DNA from: an uncultured Gammaproteobacteria bacterium
GTDB taxonomy: Bacteria; Pseudomonadota; Gammaproteobacteria; Steroidobacterales; Foliamicaceae
Assembly (NCBI GenBank): GCA_964392625.1
Contig: CAYMQG010000045.1
Location: forward strand, 1-59,634
Length of the DNA: 59,634 nucleotides
Reading direction: 5' to 3'
Of this stretch, positions 54,218 through 59,634 are shown piece by piece. The notes under the pieces are model-generated. The model was not told the origin of the DNA. It saw nothing but the letters and a program-made list of their open reading frames with translations, and searched no databases. Position 1 is the stretch's first letter; each line of letters starts with the position of its first letter. Position numbers and translations under genes: made by a program.

Positions 54218-55196
54218 CGCCGCAACTTACCCGGCGGCCTGCCGGGTTTCGGTGGCGCCCATGATGCAGCGCACCGACCGTCATTGCCGCTATTTCCACC
54301 GGCTGCTGGCGCCGGGCGTCGGCCTGTACACGGAAATGGTCCACGCGCAGGCCGTCATCCACTCCACCGACGGTCGCTTCCTGAGCCATCATCCCGCCGA
54401 GCGTCCCCTGGCTCTGCAGCTCGGAGGCAGCGAACCCGAAGTGCTCGCCGCGGCCGCCGGGCTCGCGGCCGAAGCCGGATTCGACGAGATCAACCTGAAC
54501 GTGGGCTGCCCGAGTTCACGCGTCAAGGCCGGCCGCTTCGGCGCCTGCCTGATGCATGAACCGGAACGCGTGGCCGATTGCGTGCGCGCGATGCGCAGGC
54601 GGGCCGGGGGCCGACCCGTCACGGTCAAGACCCGCATCGGGACCAATCACCGCCAGGAGTTTTCGCATCTCGCGGCCTTTGCGCGGGCGACGCGCGACGC
54701 GGGAGTCGCTGCCCTGATCGTGCACGCCCGCATCGCCGTGCTCGAGGGTCTGTCCCCGAAGGAGAACCGCAACGTTCCGCCGCTGCGTTACGAATTCGTT
54801 TACCGGCTGAAGCAGGCCATGCCGGACCTGCCCATCGTCATCAACGGCGGCATATGCGCCAACAGCGAGATTGCGTCGCACCTGAAACAGGTGGACGGCG
54901 TGATGCTGGGCCGCGCGGCCTATTCCAATCCCTGGCTGCTCACTGCGCTGCCGGGCGCATCGCGGCAGCCCCGGACCCGCGCCCAGGTGGTTGAGGCCAT
55001 GGTGGAGTACGCCCGGCGCGCGGAGCAGAGCGGAGCGAGGCTCGGCGCAATCACTCGGCACATGGCGGGTTTGTATTCGGGCAGACCCGGCGCCGGAGCC
55101 TGGCGGCGGGCGCTGGCGCGGCATGTATCGGCGCCCGCGAGCGAAGCACGCGTTCTGCTTGACTGCGTTCCCGATCGTCTGCGTTACGCCGCCTGA
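54207..55196 (+). CDS. dusA: tRNA dihydrouridine synthase A
   Basis: VAPMM..TDRHCRYFHR, LQLGGS, NLNVGCPS, VKTRIG, GLSPKENR..PPL, INGG, GRAAY. Confidence 0.93.
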   Translation: MAADAATYPAACRVSVAPMMQRTDRHCRYFHRLLAPGVGLYTEMVHAQAVIHSTDGRFLSHHPAERPLALQLGGSEPEVLAAAAGLAAEAGFDEINLNVGCPSSRVKAGRFGACLMHEPERVADCVRAMRRRAGGRPVTVKTRIGTNHRQEFSHLAAFARATRDAGVAALIVHARIAVLEGLSPKENRNVPPLRYEFVYRLKQAMPDLPIVINGGICANSEIASHLKQVDGVMLGRAAYSNPWLLTALPGASRQPRTRAQVVEAMVEYARRAEQSGARLGAITRHMAGLYSGRPGAGAWRRALARHVSAPASEARVLLDCVPDRLRYAA

Positions 55197-55232
55197 GGCG
55201 GCCGGGAGGGCGGGACGCCCTCCTAGCCCAGG
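55192..55232 (-). repeat. Palindromic repeat copy D (inverted orientation, between convergent dusA and pckG)
   Basis: Minus strand CCTGGGCTA-GGAGGGCG-tcc-CGCCCTCC-CGGCCGCCTCAGG; overlaps both stop codons. Confidence 0.8.
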
Positions 55233-56965
55233 GCGGCGGCTACGCGGGCGTGCTCGGAGGTGAGTTCGGACGGGACGCGGTCGCCGTATTTCGCCAGGTA
55301 CTCGGCGATGCTCCGCATTTCCTCGCGCCAGCCTGCCGTATCGACGTCGAGCAGACCTTCCATGGCCTCGGGAGCGATATCGAGGCCCCGAAGGTTCAGG
55401 TCCCCGGGCCGCGGCAGATTGCCCACCGGCGTCTCGCGCGCGTCGGCGCGTCCCTTGCGCCGGTCGAGAATCCACTGGAGCACACGCAGGTTTTCGCCGA
55501 ATCCGGGCCAGAGGTACTCGCCCGCCTCGTCCTGCCGGAACCAGTTGACGTGATAGATCCCGGGAAGCCTTTCGCTGCGGCCGCCGAAACTCAGCCAGTG
55601 CTTCCAGTAGTCGGCGAAGTTGTAGCCGCAGAACGGCTTCATCGCCATGGGGTCGCGCCGTAGTCCGTTGCCGGAGTCGCTGGATGCCGCCGTGGATTCC
55701 GAAGCCATCGCGGCGCCCATCAGCACGCCGTGGCGCCAGTCGCGCGCCTCCATGACCAGCGGCGCCAGCCGCGCGCGGCGCCCGCCGAAGATCAGCGCGG
55801 AAATGGGTACGCCCGCCTCGTGTTCGGCCATGGGCGAATAGCTGGGGTTGCACCGCGCCGACACGGTGAAGCGGGAATTGGGATGCGCGGCCTTTTCGCC
55901 GCTCTTGAACGGCTCGCCCTTCCAGTTCACCGCCGGGACGCCGAACTTGCGGCCTTCCCACCACGGTTCCCTGTCGCTGCTCAGCCCCACATTGGTGAAA
56001 ATCGCGTCACGCTGGAGCATTTCGAAGGCGTTGTGATTGGTGTCGCGGTTGGTGCCCGGCACGACGCCGAAATAGCCGGCTTCCGGGTTGATGGCGCGCA
56101 TCACGCCGTCGTCGTCGAGATGCAGCCAGGCAATGTCGTCGCCGACCGTGCGCACCTTCCAGCCCGCAAGCGCGTCGGGAGGGATCAGCATCGCCAGGTT
56201 GGTCTTGCCGCAGGCGGACGGAAATGCGGCCGCCAGGTAATGCTTCTCGCCCGCCGGGTTCTCGATCTCCACAATGAGCATGTGCTCCGCCAGCCAGCCT
56301 TCCCGGCGCGCCTGCCAGCTTGCGATGCGCAGGGCGTGACATTTCTTGCCCAGCAGCGCATTGCCGCCATAGCCGGAACCGTAGCTTCGGATGCTGAGTT
56401 CCTCAGGGAAATGCATGATGTAGCGCCGCTCGGGATCGAGTTCGCCGATCGAGTGCATCCCCTTCACGAATTCGCCCTCGCGCTCGATTCGCTCGAGCGC
56501 CTGCGCACCCATGCGTGTCATCAGGTACATGTTCACCGCAACGTAGGCGCTGTCGGTCACCTCGATCCCGCAACGCGCATACGGAGAACCGAGTGGCCCC
56601 ATGCAGTACGGAACCACGTACATCACACGCCCCCGCATGCAGCCCTCGAACAGACCGTCCAGCAGCCGATGCGCCTCGTCCGGGGCCATCCAGTTGTTGT
56701 TGGGGCCCGCGTCCTCGCTATCCGCGGTGCATATGAACGTGAGGTTCTCCACCCGGGCCACGTCGGAAGGATCGGAGCGGTGCAGGTAGCAATCCTCGAA
56801 CTGCCCGTCGTTTATGGGAATCAGCCCGCCGTCGCCCACCAGTTCCGCTACGAGGGCGTCGTATTCCTCCCGGGAGCCGTCGCACCAGTGGACGCGGTCG
56901 GGCCGCGTAAGGCGAGCAACCTCCTCCACCCACTGACGGGCGCTGGAAGCAGTATTGGGAATCAC
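55223..56965 (-). CDS. pckG: GTP-dependent phosphoenolpyruvate carboxykinase
   Basis: WCDGS, SDVARVE, GSGYGGNALLGKKC, AFPSACGKTNLAM, VGDDIAW, NPEAG, HPNSRF, WPGFGEN. Confidence 0.96.
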   Translation of the reverse strand: MIPNTASSARQWVEEVARLTRPDRVHWCDGSREEYDALVAELVGDGGLIPINDGQFEDCYLHRSDPSDVARVENLTFICTADSEDAGPNNNWMAPDEAHRLLDGLFEGCMRGRVMYVVPYCMGPLGSPYARCGIEVTDSAYVAVNMYLMTRMGAQALERIEREGEFVKGMHSIGELDPERRYIMHFPEELSIRSYGSGYGGNALLGKKCHALRIASWQARREGWLAEHMLIVEIENPAGEKHYLAAAFPSACGKTNLAMLIPPDALAGWKVRTVGDDIAWLHLDDDGVMRAINPEAGYFGVVPGTNRDTNHNAFEMLQRDAIFTNVGLSSDREPWWEGRKFGVPAVNWKGEPFKSGEKAAHPNSRFTVSARCNPSYSPMAEHEAGVPISALIFGGRRARLAPLVMEARDWRHGVLMGAAMASESTAASSDSGNGLRRDPMAMKPFCGYNFADYWKHWLSFGGRSERLPGIYHVNWFRQDEAGEYLWPGFGENLRVLQWILDRRKGRADARETPVGNLPRPGDLNLRGLDIAPEAMEGLLDVDTAGWREEMRSIAEYLAKYGDRVPSELTSEHARVAAALG

Positions 56966-57094
56966 TCCGGTTATGTAACCGTTCGGCGCGTGAAGTGCGC
57001 AAGAATATACGATTTACGCCTCCGGGTGGGCGCCTATGGCGATAATGACCGCCTGTCGTAAAGTGTCCGCCGCCGCCGGGACAGTGCCGATATC

Positions 57095-58450
57095 GTGAAG
57101 AACGCGTTGTATTTTTGCTCCGAATGCGGGGCGGAGAGCCTCAAGTGGCAGGGGCAATGCGGCGCCTGCGGCGCGTGGAACACGCTGCGCGAGGCGCCCG
57201 CCGCACCCGCACGCTCAGGCGGAAAGGCCCACAAGCCCGCCGCTGCCGAAGTGATGCGATTGAACGAAGTGGCCGCGCAGCCCGATCAGCGCATGCCCAC
57301 GGGTCTCGCCGAGTTCGACCGGGTCCTTGGCGGCGGCCTGGTGAAGGGCTCGGTCGTGCTGCTCGGCGGCGATCCCGGGATCGGCAAGTCCACCATTCTC
57401 CTGCAGGTCGCGGGCGGCAATCCGGCAAGCGCGCAGACGCTGTACGTAAGCGGCGAGGAGTCCCTGGAGCAACTGTCCCTGCGCTCGCGGCGCCTCGGCC
57501 TTGCCGAGGCCGGCGTGCGCGCCGTCGCAGAGACTTCACTGGATGCCGTGCTTGCGGCGGTCGAGGCGGAGCGGCCCGCCTGGCTGATCGTCGATTCGGT
57601 GCAGACGCTCAGCCTGAACGACGTCAGTTCCGCTCCCGGCTCCGCCGTGCAGCTGCGCGAATGCACGGCGGCCCTGGTGCGGCTGGCCAAGACCCGCGGA
57701 ATCGCGGTCACCCTGGTGGGACACGTCACCAAGGAGGGCCAGATCGCCGGGCCGCGCATGCTCGAGCACATGGTGGACGTGGTGCTGTATTTCGAGAGCG
57801 AATCCGGCAGCAGGTTTCGGGTGCTGCGCTCGGTCAAGAACCGTTTCGGCGCGGTCAACGAACTGGGCGTGTTCGTCATGGATTCCGCGGGACTGAAGCA
57901 GGTCCGAAATCCGTCGGCGATCTTTCTCACCGGCCGTCAGTCCGGAGCGCCCGGCAGCGCCGTCACGGCCTGCCATGAGGGCAGCCGGCCGATGCTGCTG
58001 GAAGTCCAGGCGCTGGTATCCGATGCCGGCGCCGGCATGGCCCGCCGGGTCAGCCCCGGCATGGACCACAACCGCCTCGCCATGCTGATGGCGGTGCTCG
58101 CGCGCCATTCCGGCGTGGCGGCCTACGAGCGCGACGTATTCGTGAATTTCGTGGGCGGTCTGCGGATCGGCGAAACGGCGGCGGACCTGGCGGTTGCCGC
58201 GGCGATATGGTCCAGCGTTCGCGACCGGCCATTGCCTGACGGATTGGTCCTATTCGGCGAACTGGGGCTGTCGGGCGAAGTCCGGCCTGCGCCGTACGGG
58301 GAAGAACGCCTGCGTGAAGCAGCCAAGCTGGGATTCAAGCGGGCCCTGATTCCTTCGGCCAACCGACCGCGCAAGCCAATAAAAGGCATGAAAGTTACAG
58401 CCGTCAATCGGCTCGGCGAGGCGCTGGACGTTCTCGGCCGTTCGTCGTGA
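57095..58450 (+). CDS. radA: DNA repair protein RadA/Sms
   Basis: C4 zinc finger CSEC..CGAC, GDPGIGKST, KNRFG, Lon-like C-terminal domain. Confidence 0.97.
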   Translation: MKNALYFCSECGAESLKWQGQCGACGAWNTLREAPAAPARSGGKAHKPAAAEVMRLNEVAAQPDQRMPTGLAEFDRVLGGGLVKGSVVLLGGDPGIGKSTILLQVAGGNPASAQTLYVSGEESLEQLSLRSRRLGLAEAGVRAVAETSLDAVLAAVEAERPAWLIVDSVQTLSLNDVSSAPGSAVQLRECTAALVRLAKTRGIAVTLVGHVTKEGQIAGPRMLEHMVDVVLYFESESGSRFRVLRSVKNRFGAVNELGVFVMDSAGLKQVRNPSAIFLTGRQSGAPGSAVTACHEGSRPMLLEVQALVSDAGAGMARRVSPGMDHNRLAMLMAVLARHSGVAAYERDVFVNFVGGLRIGETAADLAVAAAIWSSVRDRPLPDGLVLFGELGLSGEVRPAPYGEERLREAAKLGFKRALIPSANRPRKPIKGMKVTAVNRLGEALDVLGRSS

Positions 58451-58478
58451 CCGGTTGCGACGCCGTCGCGGACCGCTG

Positions 58479-59387
58479 ATGGACTGGCTCGAGGATTTCA
58501 TTGCAAGGCACGAGCTGCCGTCGGGTTATGCCGAGGCCGTCGGCAGGGTCGTTGTTCCGCTTGCAGAGCGTCTCCACGACTCTCATCGGCTCAAGGGACA
58601 GCCGCTGATTGTGGGCATCAGCGGGCCGCAGGGTTCGGGCAAGACTACTCTGGCGTTGATTCTGGGTGACTGGCTGAAGCGGGAGCTGGGTCTTTCCATG
58701 GCGTGTCTGTCGCTGGATGGGTTGTACCTGCGCAAGGCCCGGCGATGGGAATTGTCCCGAAAGGTGCACCCGCTGCTGGTAACGCGCGGTGTTCCGGGCA
58801 CTCATGACGTTGCGCGGGCGGAGGATCTGCTCGAATCGCTGATCGACGCGGATCATGAACGGACCGTTGCCTTGCCGGTCTTCGACAAGGCGCTCGATGA
58901 TCGTGCGCCCGCCAGCCAATGGCCGACGGTCGCCGCGCCGGTTGACATCGTCCTGTTCGAGGGCTGGTGCGTGGGCGCGCGGCCGCAACTGCCGGGGGCG
59001 CTCGACGAACCCGTGAACGCGCTGGAAGCTGAAAGGGACCGCTCGGGACGTTGGCGTCGATACGTCAACGAACGCCTGGGAACCGATTACGCCAGCCTGT
59101 TCCGGCACCTCGACCTGCTGGTCATGCTGCGCGTCCCGAACTTCGAAAAAGTCGTCGAATGGCGCCGGCTGCAGGAAGAGAAGCTCCGTCAGCGCCTTCG
59201 CGACCGGCCTCGCACCGGGGCAAAGCCGCCGGGAATGTCAGACGAGGAGATTGCGCATTTCGTCCGGCATTACGAGCGGCTGACCCGCCATATGCTGAAA
59301 ACCATGCCGGGTTATGCGGATGCGGTGATCGACGTCGACGAGAACCACCGCATGACCGGCATCGGCTGGCCGGAACGGTCACCGTAG
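58479..59387 (+). CDS. P-loop kinase, D-glycerate 3-kinase-like
   Basis: GISGPQGSGKTT, SLDGLY, TRGVPGTHD, FDKALDDR, FEGWCVG, WRRLQE, YERLT. Confidence 0.85.
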   Translation: MDWLEDFIARHELPSGYAEAVGRVVVPLAERLHDSHRLKGQPLIVGISGPQGSGKTTLALILGDWLKRELGLSMACLSLDGLYLRKARRWELSRKVHPLLVTRGVPGTHDVARAEDLLESLIDADHERTVALPVFDKALDDRAPASQWPTVAAPVDIVLFEGWCVGARPQLPGALDEPVNALEAERDRSGRWRRYVNERLGTDYASLFRHLDLLVMLRVPNFEKVVEWRRLQEEKLRQRLRDRPRTGAKPPGMSDEEIAHFVRHYERLTRHMLKTMPGYADAVIDVDENHRMTGIGWPERSP

Positions 59388-59397
59388 CAGGACAGTG

Positions 59398-59413
59398 CGG
59401 GTCGGATGACCCG
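59398..59413. terminator. Small hairpin between convergent genes
   Basis: CGGGTC-ggat-GACCCG; no U-tract. Confidence 0.3.
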
Positions 59414-59417
59414 GGGG

Positions 59418-59634
59418 CTAGTGCGCGGGATCGTCCATACGCAGCTCGGCCAGCGGATCGTCGCCGACTATGTGGTAGACCTTCCTGATGGATTCATCGT
59501 TGTCATAGGTCCAGACGACCATATCGGCCAGATCCGCTCGCGTGACCGGACCTGTAGGCTCCGGCTCCAGACTCAGCTTGATAATTCCCGATCTTGGATT
59601 GGAGGTCAGTTGCGCGGGACGGATGATGGTGTAA
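59418..59634 (-). CDS. 3' end of NAD(P)H-binding atypical SDR (partial, not in the ORF track)
   Basis: Hand translation YTIIRPAQLTSNPRSG...GPVTRADLADMVV...PAH* resembles the YTIIRP / RAD(V/L)A pattern of NAD(P)-binding atypical SDRs. Confidence 0.7.
   Translation of the reverse strand, partial: YTIIRPAQLTSNPRSGIIKLSLEPEPTGPVTRADLADMVVWTYDNDESIRKVYHIVGDDPLAELRMDDPAH

Overview
High-GC (roughly two-thirds G+C by eye) gammaproteobacterial core-genome segment with about 47 tightly packed CDSs. Order: dksA, queF, smc, ligA, pdxJ-acpS-3'5' exonuclease-L,D-transpeptidase-nagZ-mtnP, csiV-mfd, lolC/E-lolC/E-lolD-comEC-msbA-lpxK-kdsB, a hypothetical, rne/rluC, a dual-OB-like protein, bamD/rluD-pgeF-clpB, M16 peptidase, GT2-DUF502-FmdB-aspS, a membrane hypothetical, a fatty-acyl-CoA metabolism operon, mutS-cinA-recA-recX-alaS, ybdK-dusA, pckG, radA and a kinase. 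I saw no rRNA, tRNA, CRISPR array, transposase or prophage. The strongest unexplained signal is a small palindromic repeat with core (G/C)GAGGGCG-T(C/T)C-CGCCCTC(C/G), present four times with compensatory base changes between copies. Two copies lie between convergent genes. Two lie in frame inside mutS and alaS and encode the same peptide, PG(R/G)EGVPPS, reminiscent of REP or Rickettsia-palindromic-element insertion into proteins. Other leads: a solo divergent dual-OB-like protein, a zinc-free DksA, a shortened SMC, a non-canonical palindrome at the recA promoter, and -10 boxes embedded in upstream stop codons that suggest leaderless mRNAs. All calls come from motif recognition by eye; no database searches were run.
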